This document shows, in pieces, positions 55,855 through 63,178 of a stretch of 64,000 nt of DNA. The DNA is taken from assembly GCA_026391735.1 (NCBI GenBank), contig JAPLDL010000025.1, positions 3,164-67,163 of the forward strand, written 5' to 3'. The notes below the pieces were generated by a model. It saw only the letters and a list, made by a program, of their open reading frames with translations. It was not told the origin of the DNA and ran no database searches. Source of the DNA: Bacteroidota bacterium (lineage in GTDB: Bacteria > Bacteroidota > Bacteroidia > Bacteroidales > FEN-979). Position 1 is the first letter of the stretch. Every line of letters begins with the position of its first letter. A program made the translations under genes and the position numbers.

Positions 55855-56655
55855 ATGCAAGATAAGGTAACCATTATCACCGGCGCTTCCTCAGGGATAG
55901 GTAAAGCCCTTGCCGAAGAAGCCCATAAACGGGGTGCAAAAGTCATTCTATCGGCCCGCCGTAAAGAAATGCTTGACGAATTAGCTTCTTCATGGAACGC
56001 TGAGGATTACCTGAATGTTCAGGCCGATGTTACCCGGGAGGAGGATTGCTTCAAACTGATTGAAGCTGCAGTGGAAAAGTTCGGACGCATCGACGTGCTC
56101 ATCAACAATGCAGGGATCTCTATGAGAGCCTTATTTGCAGATGTTGACCTGGATGTGATCCGCCGGCTGATGGATACTAATTTCTGGGGCACGGTTTATT
56201 GCACGAAGTATGCCCTCCCATACCTGCTGAAAACTAAAGGTTCCCTGGTCGGGGTCTCCTCGGTTGCCGGATATAAGGGGCTTCCGGGCCGCACTGGTTA
56301 TTCAGCTTCGAAATTCGCAATGCACGGATTGCTCGAAGTTATCCGAATTGAGAATATAAAGAAAGGACTTCATGTGTTGATCGCCTGTCCGGGCTTTACA
56401 AGCAGCAACATCCGCAATATCGCATTATCCAAAGACGGAAGTTCACAAGGAGAAACTCCCCTGGATGAAAACAAACTGATGCCAGCCGAAGCCGTTGCGT
56501 CCCATATCTGCAATGCAATAGAAAAAAGAAAGAATTCCCTTGTTCTGACTGCAATGGGTAAAACGACTGTTCTCCTGAACAAGTTCTTCCCGAAATTCAT
56601 GGATGGCATGGTATATAATCATATGGCAAAGGAGCCGGACTCACCCTTTAAATGA
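55855..56655 (+). CDS. Short-chain dehydrogenase/reductase (classical SDR)
   Basis: 266 aa. It has ITGASSGIGKA, NNAGIS and YSASKFA. Confidence 0.85.
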   Translation: MQDKVTIITGASSGIGKALAEEAHKRGAKVILSARRKEMLDELASSWNAEDYLNVQADVTREEDCFKLIEAAVEKFGRIDVLINNAGISMRALFADVDLDVIRRLMDTNFWGTVYCTKYALPYLLKTKGSLVGVSSVAGYKGLPGRTGYSASKFAMHGLLEVIRIENIKKGLHVLIACPGFTSSNIRNIALSKDGSSQGETPLDENKLMPAEAVASHICNAIEKRKNSLVLTAMGKTTVLLNKFFPKFMDGMVYNHMAKEPDSPFK

Positions 56656-56688
56656 TGTACAATGTACAAATTACAATGTACAAATTGA
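56654..56688. repeat. GTAC-centred heptamer array (left arm)
   Basis: GATGTAC AATGTAC AAATTAC AATGTAC AAATTGA, starting within the SDR stop codon. Confidence 0.85.
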
Positions 56689-56728
56689 AGAATCAGGAAT
56701 TCATCTCTCCCTTGTAAATTTATTCATA

Positions 56729-56763
56729 TTTGTACTTTGTACATGGTACATGGTACATTCTAC
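56729..56763. repeat. GTAC-centred heptamer array (right arm, inverted relative to the left arm)
   Basis: TTTGTAC TTTGTAC ATGGTAC ATGGTAC ATTCTAC. Its reverse complement matches the left arm at 19 of 24 aligned positions. It overlaps the xerD stop codon. Confidence 0.85.
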
Positions 56764-57662
56764 CGGCTCCTGGGATGAAACTGTATAATGGTACTTCGCA
56801 AATATTCACGGTCGAGATGGGTATATATCTCTGTAGTGGTGATTGATTCATGCCCCAGCATTTCCTGCACGGCCCTAAGGTCAGCGCCGCCTTCAACGAG
56901 ATGAGTGGCAAAGGAGTGACGGAAGGTATGCGGACTGATTGTTTTCTGTATATCTGCTTTGCGAGCAAGGTCTTTGATGATAGTAAATATCATCACCCTG
57001 CTTAGTTTTGCCCCCCTGCGGTTAAGAAACAGGATATCGTCGCTCCCGGGCTTTCCAGGTGTTTTAGGTCTCACTTCACTCAGGTAATACAGGATCTCGT
57101 TCCTTGCAACACCTCCCAGCGGCACCAGCCTTTCCTTGTTCCCTTTACCTGTCACCTTAATAAAACCATCATTGAAATACAGGTTTGTAATCTTAAGCCC
57201 TGTGAGTTCCGAAACCCTTAATCCGCACCCATACAATACCTCAAGAATGGCTTTGTTACGCTTTCCCTCATGGCTGCTGAGATCGATGGCTCCCATTATT
57301 GCATTGATCTCCGGAACGGTCAGAAAAACCGGTAACTTGCGCCCCATTTTGGGTGATTCAAGAAGTTCTGTTGGATCTTTACTGATAATATTTTCGAGCA
57401 AAAGATATTTATAAAAACCCTTAATACCCGAAATTATCCTTGCCTGGGATGTAGCAGTCATTCCCAGGCTGCTGATCCATTTAAGAAAATCCTGAAGATC
57501 ATGTAAACCCAGCTGGCCAGGCTGATATGTCTTCCCGGCATGATCAAGATACTGCGTCAGTTTTTCAACATCATGCACATAAGCATCGATGGAATTGGCT
57601 GAAAGGGATTTTTCCAGAAGGAGAAAGGACTGATACCCGTGAATATAGGATTTCCAGCTCAT
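56760..57662 (-). CDS. xerD: Tyrosine site-specific recombinase XerD-like
   Basis: Start moved to MSWKSYIHGYQSFLLLEKSLS (ATG 57662, 300 aa). Catalytic blocks are GLRVSEL, HTFRHSFATHL and LGHESITTTEIYTH. The longer track ORF would run antisense across the rpmG start and its promoter. Confidence 0.8.
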   Translation of the reverse strand: MSWKSYIHGYQSFLLLEKSLSANSIDAYVHDVEKLTQYLDHAGKTYQPGQLGLHDLQDFLKWISSLGMTATSQARIISGIKGFYKYLLLENIISKDPTELLESPKMGRKLPVFLTVPEINAIMGAIDLSSHEGKRNKAILEVLYGCGLRVSELTGLKITNLYFNDGFIKVTGKGNKERLVPLGGVARNEILYYLSEVRPKTPGKPGSDDILFLNRRGAKLSRVMIFTIIKDLARKADIQKTISPHTFRHSFATHLVEGGADLRAVQEMLGHESITTTEIYTHLDREYLRSTIIQFHPRSR

Positions 57663-57718
57663 CGGCCTGTTGGAATTTAGGGTTGAATTAAATGCATGGC
57701 TAAAAGTATTAAAATATT

Positions 57719-57749
57719 TTTGTTTATTCGGGGAAAGTTTGTACTTTTG
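57719..57749 (+). promoter_or_regulatory. Candidate Bacteroidota promoter (-33 TTTG, 19-nt spacer, -7 TACTTTTG) for rpmG
   Basis: TTTG lies at 57719-57722 and TACTTTTG at 57742-57749. The ATG is at 57780. Confidence 0.5.
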
Positions 57750-57779
57750 CAGTCCCTTAACCATTAAGTAGATTTTTTC

Positions 57780-57968
57780 ATGGCAAAGAAGAGCAAAGAC
57801 CAGAGAATTCAAGTGATTCTGGAATGCACTGAGCAGAAAACAAGCGGTGTGCCCGGGATGTCTCGTTACGTCACCAAAAAAAACAAGAAAAACACACCCG
57901 AAAGGCTGGAGTTGAAAAAATTCAACCCATACCTTAAAAAAGTGACCGTTCACAAAGAAATTAAATAA
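57780..57968 (+). CDS. rpmG: 50S ribosomal protein L33
   Basis: 62 aa: [62 protein letters not shown], the typical Bacteroidota L33. Confidence 0.95.
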   Translation: MAKKSKDQRIQVILECTEQKTSGVPGMSRYVTKKNKKNTPERLELKKFNPYLKKVTVHKEIK

Positions 57969-57976
57969 GTTAAGTT

Positions 57977-58141
57977 ATGGCAAAGAAAGTAGTTGCTTCA
58001 TTTAAAGGTTCTTCCACCGGTAAAGATTATACTAAAGTCATTCGTATGGTCCGTTCAAAGAAAACCGGTGCTTATGTTTTCAAAGAAGCTATGGTTCCCA
58101 ATGACCAGGTAAAAGACTTCCTGGCTGGAAAGCTCGATTAA
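57977..58141 (+). CDS. DUF4295-family small protein (usual partner of rpmG in Bacteroidota)
   Basis: Not in the ORF track (54 aa). Hand translation gives MAKKVVASFKGSSTGKDYTKVIRMVRSKKTGAYVFKEAMVPNDQVKDFLAGKLD, ATG 57977 to TAA 58139-58141. Confidence 0.75.
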   Translation: MAKKVVASFKGSSTGKDYTKVIRMVRSKKTGAYVFKEAMVPNDQVKDFLAGKLD

Positions 58142-58161
58142 ACAAATTTATTCAATCATGG

Positions 58162-58195
58162 AAAGCTTTTTTCATCCGAAAAAAGCTTTTTTTAT
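58162..58195 (+). terminator. Rho-independent terminator after the rpmG-DUF4295 pair
   Basis: A perfect 11-bp stem AAAGCTTTTTT / AAAAAAGCTTT with loop CATCCG is followed by TTTTTAT. The stem is AT-rich, so it is weak. Confidence 0.55.
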
Positions 58196-58208
58196 ATAAA
58201 ACCGGACC

Positions 58209-59159
58209 ATGGGATTGTTCAGTTTCCTGAGCAAAGACAAGAAAGAAGACCTGGACAAAGGGCTCGAAAAAACAAAAACGAATATTTTTTCGAGGATATC
58301 CAAGGCTGTTGCCGGCAAATCAACTGTCGACGAAGAAGTCCTGGATAATCTTGAAGAAATTCTTGTGACTTCGGATGTCGGGGTGGAAACCACGGTCAGG
58401 ATAATTCAGCGTATCCAGAACCGGGTGGCTAGAGACAAGTACCTTGGAACTTCGGAACTGAATATCATTCTTAAAGAAGAGATCGCCGGGCTGCTTCTCG
58501 AAAATTCCATTGAAGACCAGAAAGGATTTGATTTCCCTTTTCCCTCAAAACCTTATGTGATCATGGTGGTGGGCGTGAACGGGGTGGGAAAAACCACGAC
58601 TATCGGAAAACTTGCATTTCATTTTAAAAAAGCGGGTAAATCAGTATTGCTGGGTGCAGCCGATACCTTCAGGGCCGCGGCTGTTGACCAGCTTAAGATC
58701 TGGGCCGAAAGGGTCGATGTACCTATTGTAAATCAGGGAATGGGTGCCGACCCGGCATCCGTTGCCTATGATACTGTAAAATCGGGAATCGCAAGAAACT
58801 CGGATGTCGTGATCATTGATACCGCTGGCCGCCTCCATAACAAGATCAACCTGATGAACGAGCTGACCAAGATCAGAAAGGTCATGCAAAAGCTTATTCC
58901 GGATGCCCCCCATGAAGTGCTTCTGGTCCTTGATGCTTCTACCGGACAGAATGCTTTTGAACAGGCAAAACAATTTACTGCAGCGACTGAAGTCAATGCA
59001 CTTTGCCTTACCAAGCTCGACGGCACTGCAAAGGGAGGTGTAGTCATCGGAATTTCAGACCAGTTCAAGATCCCTGTAAAATATATCGGCATTGGAGAAA
59101 AACTCGAGCACCTGCAAATATTTAACAGGGTTGAATTCGTAGATAGTCTGTTTAAATAA
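58209..59159 (+). CDS. ftsY: Signal recognition particle receptor FtsY
   Basis: 316 aa. It has GVNGVGKTTTIGKLA, DTAGRLH and TKLDGTAKGG. Confidence 0.95.
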   Translation: MGLFSFLSKDKKEDLDKGLEKTKTNIFSRISKAVAGKSTVDEEVLDNLEEILVTSDVGVETTVRIIQRIQNRVARDKYLGTSELNIILKEEIAGLLLENSIEDQKGFDFPFPSKPYVIMVVGVNGVGKTTTIGKLAFHFKKAGKSVLLGAADTFRAAAVDQLKIWAERVDVPIVNQGMGADPASVAYDTVKSGIARNSDVVIIDTAGRLHNKINLMNELTKIRKVMQKLIPDAPHEVLLVLDASTGQNAFEQAKQFTAATEVNALCLTKLDGTAKGGVVIGISDQFKIPVKYIGIGEKLEHLQIFNRVEFVDSLFK

Positions 59160-59167
59160 ATATCCGG

Positions 59168-60502
59168 TTGAAAACCAAATCCCGGCCAAATAACATCGGA
59201 ATTGTTTCCCTTGGTTGTGCAAAAAACCTTATCGATTCTGAACTTTTACAGAAGCAATTATTTGCCAGCAGGCTGAATATCGCTTTTGATCCTTCTTCCG
59301 TGAAGGGCCTCGATACTATGGTCATCAATACCTGTGGTTTTATCGGGGATGCCAAGCAGGAATCGGTCGACACTATCCTTAGTTATCTGAAAGCCAAGTC
59401 GGAAGGCAAACTCAAACATGTTTTCGTCATGGGCTGCCTTTCGGAGAGATACAGGGAGCAACTAATTAAAGATATTCCTGAGGTCGACGGCTTCTATGGA
59501 GTAAATGAACTTAAAAAGATAGTCGGTGACCTGGGGGGGCATTACAATAAAAATCTCCTTGGCGAGCGTATGATCTCTACACCTTCCCATTATGCTTATC
59601 TGAAAATTGCAGAAGGCTGTGACCGGCAGTGTTCGTTCTGCGCAATTCCGGGTATACGCGGGAGCCATGTGTCCAGGCCATCCGCAGATATTATCAGTGA
59701 AGCCGAAAACCTGGTAGAGAAAGGAGTTAAAGAGATCATTGTCATCTCGCAGGACACTACTTATTACGGTCTCGATCTGGTTAAACGAAGGAAAATTGCA
59801 AGCCTTCTTGAACAACTTTCTGTGATCAACAGCAACGGATGGATCCGGCTGCATTATGCATATCCTCAGGGATTTCCTTTTGAGCTGCTGTCTGTTATCC
59901 GCGATCATGAAAATATTTGCAGTTATGTAGACATACCTCTTCAGCATATAAATAATCGCATTTTAAGATCCATGAAACGCAGGCTCTCATCTGAAAAGAC
60001 AAGAACTCTCGTAGAAACTATCAGGAAAGAAATTCCCGGGGTAACGCTGAGGACTAGCTTTATTGTTGGCTATCCCGGGGAAACTGACAAAGAATTCAGG
60101 GATCTGCTCGATTTCATCAGGGAAACGGAATTTGAACGTCTGGGTGTTTTTATGTATTCTCATGAAGAAGACACCCCTGCTTATTCACAACAGGATACCA
60201 TAAGCCGGAAAATAAAGCAGGAGCGTGCTGACGAGATCATGGCATTGCAGGAACAGATATCGTTGAATAACAATATAAAGAGGGTGGGAGAGAAGCTTAA
60301 AGTGCTAATCGACAGGAAAGAAGGCGATTATTATATTGCCCGTTCCGAAGGCGATTCTCCTGAAATTGATAATGAAGTTCTGATCCCTCTTGCCGGCAAT
60401 AAATTAATTCCAGGAACGTTTTCAGAAGTAACAATAACCGCAGCAGAAAGCTTCGATCTTTATGCTGAACCGTTGCAGTGGATTGCAAAGCGAAGGAAAT
60501 AA
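59168..60502 (+). CDS. rimO: Ribosomal protein S12 methylthiotransferase RimO
   Basis: 444 aa. It has the UPF0004 N-domain (SLGCAKN), the radical SAM CDRQCSFCAIP and a C-terminal TRAM domain. Confidence 0.9.
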   Translation: MKTKSRPNNIGIVSLGCAKNLIDSELLQKQLFASRLNIAFDPSSVKGLDTMVINTCGFIGDAKQESVDTILSYLKAKSEGKLKHVFVMGCLSERYREQLIKDIPEVDGFYGVNELKKIVGDLGGHYNKNLLGERMISTPSHYAYLKIAEGCDRQCSFCAIPGIRGSHVSRPSADIISEAENLVEKGVKEIIVISQDTTYYGLDLVKRRKIASLLEQLSVINSNGWIRLHYAYPQGFPFELLSVIRDHENICSYVDIPLQHINNRILRSMKRRLSSEKTRTLVETIRKEIPGVTLRTSFIVGYPGETDKEFRDLLDFIRETEFERLGVFMYSHEEDTPAYSQQDTISRKIKQERADEIMALQEQISLNNNIKRVGEKLKVLIDRKEGDYYIARSEGDSPEIDNEVLIPLAGNKLIPGTFSEVTITAAESFDLYAEPLQWIAKRRK

Positions 60503-60561
60503 TCCTAAATTTGCGCATTGGTCATAACCATAATCCGAAACATAATAAAAAATAAAACGAT

Positions 60562-61341
60562 ATGAAAAAGTATATCCTAATTACAGTTGCATTTCTATTC
60601 CTGGTTCCGTTCATTTTGAAAGCCCAGGTTCAAACAGTGGCCAAACCCGGGGATACGATTAATAAAACAGATGTTTCGGGTTTAAGAACAGGATACTGGG
60701 AAGAAAAATCAGGGGAGGTCATGAATAAGGGAACTTATAACCAGAGTAAGAAAGAAGGATGCTGGATTGGCTTTTATCCCAATAATGTGATTGCCAAGCT
60801 TGAATATTTTAAGAATGGACTGAGAGAAGGGCCTTCGGTTCAACTTGATCGCAGGGGCAAGGTCAGTATGTTTGAAACATATCATCAGGGCACGCTTAGC
60901 GGACAGCAGATAGTCTATTCCCAGGTCGCCGACTTCCCTGTTTCTGAAACGAATTACTTCATGGGTGTTAAGAACGGCCTGTACCGGCTTTATTACGATA
61001 ACGGCAAGATACAGGAGGAATCTAATTACCTCCAGAACATGAAGGATGGGCCTTCACGTTGGTTCAATAAAAATGGCAGGATGATGGCCGAATACAATTA
61101 TAAATCAGGGAGCTTCGAAGGCGTTCAGAAAACTTTTTACGATAATGATACGGTTCAGGTCAGGTCGAATTATGTAAAAAATGAGCTGTCGGGAGAGTAT
61201 AAAGAGTTTTACAGGAATGGCAAGCCGAAAATTACAGGGAAATATCTGAACGGACTTAAAGAAGGTCCGTGGATCGAATATGATGAAACAGGTAAAGCCG
61301 TTAAAACCACTAAATATAAAGCTGGAAACGGACCAAAATAA
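60562..61341 (+). CDS. MORN-repeat-variant (YwqK-like) secreted protein
   Basis: 259 aa with a signal peptide. It has repeated G.W..(F/Y)Y.NG motifs (GYWEEKSGE, GCWIGFYPNN, GLYRLYYDNGK, GEYKEFYRNGK, GPWIEYDETGK). Confidence 0.7.
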   Translation: MKKYILITVAFLFLVPFILKAQVQTVAKPGDTINKTDVSGLRTGYWEEKSGEVMNKGTYNQSKKEGCWIGFYPNNVIAKLEYFKNGLREGPSVQLDRRGKVSMFETYHQGTLSGQQIVYSQVADFPVSETNYFMGVKNGLYRLYYDNGKIQEESNYLQNMKDGPSRWFNKNGRMMAEYNYKSGSFEGVQKTFYDNDTVQVRSNYVKNELSGEYKEFYRNGKPKITGKYLNGLKEGPWIEYDETGKAVKTTKYKAGNGPK

Positions 61342-61347
61342 TTCCTG

Positions 61348-61836
61348 ATGAAGGAACTCCGCAATCCTTTTGTTTCTCTTGAAGGGTACAATTGCTTTGG
61401 TTGTGCTCCGGGAAATTCCATTGGCCTTCAGATGAAGTTTACCGAAGAAGGTGATGATCTTGTTTCCTATTGGGAACCGAAAAGAAATTTCCAGGGTTAC
61501 CATACCGTGCTTCATGGAGGAATTCAGGCAACGTTGATGGATGAAATTGCAAGCTGGTTTGTATATGTCAAATTAAAATCGGCCGGGGTCACTTCAAAAG
61601 CTGAGATCAGGTATATCAAGCCTTTGTATGTCGACCGCGGAGTGCTCACTATCAGGGCTTCCCTCCTTCAGATGAGAAGGAATCTTGCTGATATCTCAGT
61701 GAAAATTTTCGATAGCGATAATGTTCTCTGTGCCGAATCGCTTATGGTATACTTTACCGTTTCGCCTCAAAAAGCTAAGGAAACTTTATATTATCCAGGA
61801 CCACAGAGTTTTTACGGAACCGTGGAGGAAAAATAA
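61348..61836 (+). CDS. PaaI/hotdog-fold thioesterase
   Basis: 162 aa. It has the GYHTVLHGGIQATLMDE block typical of PaaI-type thioesterases, with an N-terminal CFGC. Confidence 0.75.
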   Translation: MKELRNPFVSLEGYNCFGCAPGNSIGLQMKFTEEGDDLVSYWEPKRNFQGYHTVLHGGIQATLMDEIASWFVYVKLKSAGVTSKAEIRYIKPLYVDRGVLTIRASLLQMRRNLADISVKIFDSDNVLCAESLMVYFTVSPQKAKETLYYPGPQSFYGTVEEK

Positions 61837-61850
61837 ATCTTCAGGCTTGC

Positions 61851-62030
61851 CTATCTTCCGTTTTTAATCAGATAATTTTTAGGGACTGGTTTTGTCTTCG
61901 GACTATATAAGAGATTGTAGTTGCTCTTATTTTTCTTCATTTTATGGCTGTATCGGGCATGGTTGGATTCACAGGAGTATTTATTCTTAGAGCAGCCGGA
62001 TAGAAAAAACATCAGGCAGATTCCGGCCAT
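61851..62030 (-). CDS. Possible small lipoprotein (very uncertain)
   Basis: Taking the internal ATG at 62030 gives MAGICLMFFLSGCSKNKYS..., with a lipobox LSGC. No family was recognised, and the longer TTG-initiated track ORF looks unlikely. Confidence 0.25.
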   Translation of the reverse strand: MAGICLMFFLSGCSKNKYSCESNHARYSHKMKKNKSNYNLLYSPKTKPVPKNYLIKNGR

Positions 62031-62166
62031 GGTCAATTTATACAGTAAGCCTTTGGGGAAAAACATGGGCAAATACATACGAAGAAATTGAGGCCATAAA
62101 GGTAAGAAATATAAGGATTCAACGGAGTGGAGTACTCTTCCGCCTGGAATTTGTATCTTCGCAGGC

Positions 62167-63171
62167 ATGAATTTCAATCTGAGATCCGTTTACACTTGCA
62201 TAATTCTGATCCTGGTCACAGGTTTTTCGTTTGGCCAGTACGCACCGCCTCCCGGTCATAGCGGTACCACTGCTATCAGCAAAGACAGTTCTGTATTTTA
62301 TGCCTGGGCCACGCACTGCACTGTGGTCAGGGGTTTTGTGAATATAAGCGATACGAATTTTATTTATAACAACTCTAACAGGGCATCCTATGGAAACATG
62401 TATATGGCAACGGGGATAGCCGACGGACTGGTACTTAGCCTTGGTGACGGAGGTATCGCTACACTTTCATTTGACACAGTGATCTCTGACCATCCCGGCT
62501 GGGATTTTGCCGTTTTTGAAAATTCATTCAGCGACGGATTCCTTGAGCTGGCTTATGTCGAGGTGAGCTCCGATGGTAACCATTTTGTGCGGTTTCCTTC
62601 GGTCTCGCTTACTCAGACCCTGCAACAGGTAGGCACATTTGATACTTTGGATACCCGGAAAATCAATAACCTGGCAGGGAAATACAGGTTGTTTTACGGG
62701 ACTCCGTTTGATCTGAATGAGCTTAAAGACAGCGCAGGGATCGATATCAATCATATCCAGTTTATCAGGATCATAGATGTAGTGGGATGCATCCAGGATG
62801 CTTATGCCCGCTTTGACTCTCAGAATCATAAAATCAATGATCCATGGCCAACCCCCTTCGATACGGGAGGGTTTGACCTGGACGGGATAGGGCTTGTCCA
62901 TAATGCACCCTCTGCTGTAAATGACAATCTGAATTTGCCTGAAGTCAGTATCATCCCGAATCCCTGTTCATCTCAGGCCAGATTCTTTTCCGGAAATTCT
63001 GCTCCTCTCCGTTATGAGATCAGCGATCAAACTGGAAGAGCTTTAATGCAGGCATCTTTCTCGGTCAGCACCAGCGTTGATATCTCCAAACTCCCTGCAG
63101 GAATTTATTTTGTAAATTTCACTTCTTCCGGTTCCTCATCACGGATAACAAAAAAGCTGCTGAAATATTAA
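62167..63171 (+). CDS. Secreted protein of unknown function with a T9SS C-terminal sorting domain
   Basis: 334 aa with a signal peptide. There is a central conserved-looking block GWDFAVFENSFSDGFLELAYVEVSSDGNHFVRF. The C-terminal VSIIPNPCSSQARFF...GIYFVNFTSSG...KKLLKY is CTD-like. Confidence 0.75.
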   Translation: MNFNLRSVYTCIILILVTGFSFGQYAPPPGHSGTTAISKDSSVFYAWATHCTVVRGFVNISDTNFIYNNSNRASYGNMYMATGIADGLVLSLGDGGIATLSFDTVISDHPGWDFAVFENSFSDGFLELAYVEVSSDGNHFVRFPSVSLTQTLQQVGTFDTLDTRKINNLAGKYRLFYGTPFDLNELKDSAGIDINHIQFIRIIDVVGCIQDAYARFDSQNHKINDPWPTPFDTGGFDLDGIGLVHNAPSAVNDNLNLPEVSIIPNPCSSQARFFSGNSAPLRYEISDQTGRALMQASFSVSTSVDISKLPAGIYFVNFTSSGSSSRITKKLLKY

Positions 63172-63178
63172 TGCTTTA

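Noticed and set aside
55725-55946. 73-aa minus-strand ORF across the heptamer arrays, and the similar ORFs at 56603-56788 (+) and 56720-56968 (-).
   Set aside because: They are translations of tandem repeats and of the antisense of the SDR and xerD ends. They show no protein-like features.
56760-57662. xerD as a marker of an integrated mobile element, with the repeat-bracketed SDR gene as a cassette.
   Set aside because: There are no other mobile-element genes, no tRNA target and no recognisable att or dif-like direct repeats. The recombinase has the housekeeping XerD layout next to ribosomal-protein and ftsY genes. Only the repeats themselves are reported.
56760-57953. The 397-aa version of the recombinase ORF.
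   Set aside because: The first 97 residues are low-complexity and hydrophobic, and they overlap the rpmG promoter and the rpmG gene on the opposite strand. XerD-like proteins are about 300 aa, and the internal ATG at 57662 gives exactly that.
60562-61341. MORN-repeat protein of the type often auto-annotated as 'YwqK family antitoxin', as part of a toxin-antitoxin or defence system.
   Set aside because: It has a signal peptide, and no toxin-like partner gene is adjacent (rimO lies upstream and a thioesterase downstream). The annotation is a family label, not evidence of a TA module.
61837-62166. The 330-nt gap upstream of the second T9SS/TonB pair as a riboswitch (for example cobalamin).
   Set aside because: I found no B12-box-like or other conserved riboswitch core by eye, only a doubtful small minus-strand ORF. 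It is worth including in a cmscan run but is not reportable as a feature.
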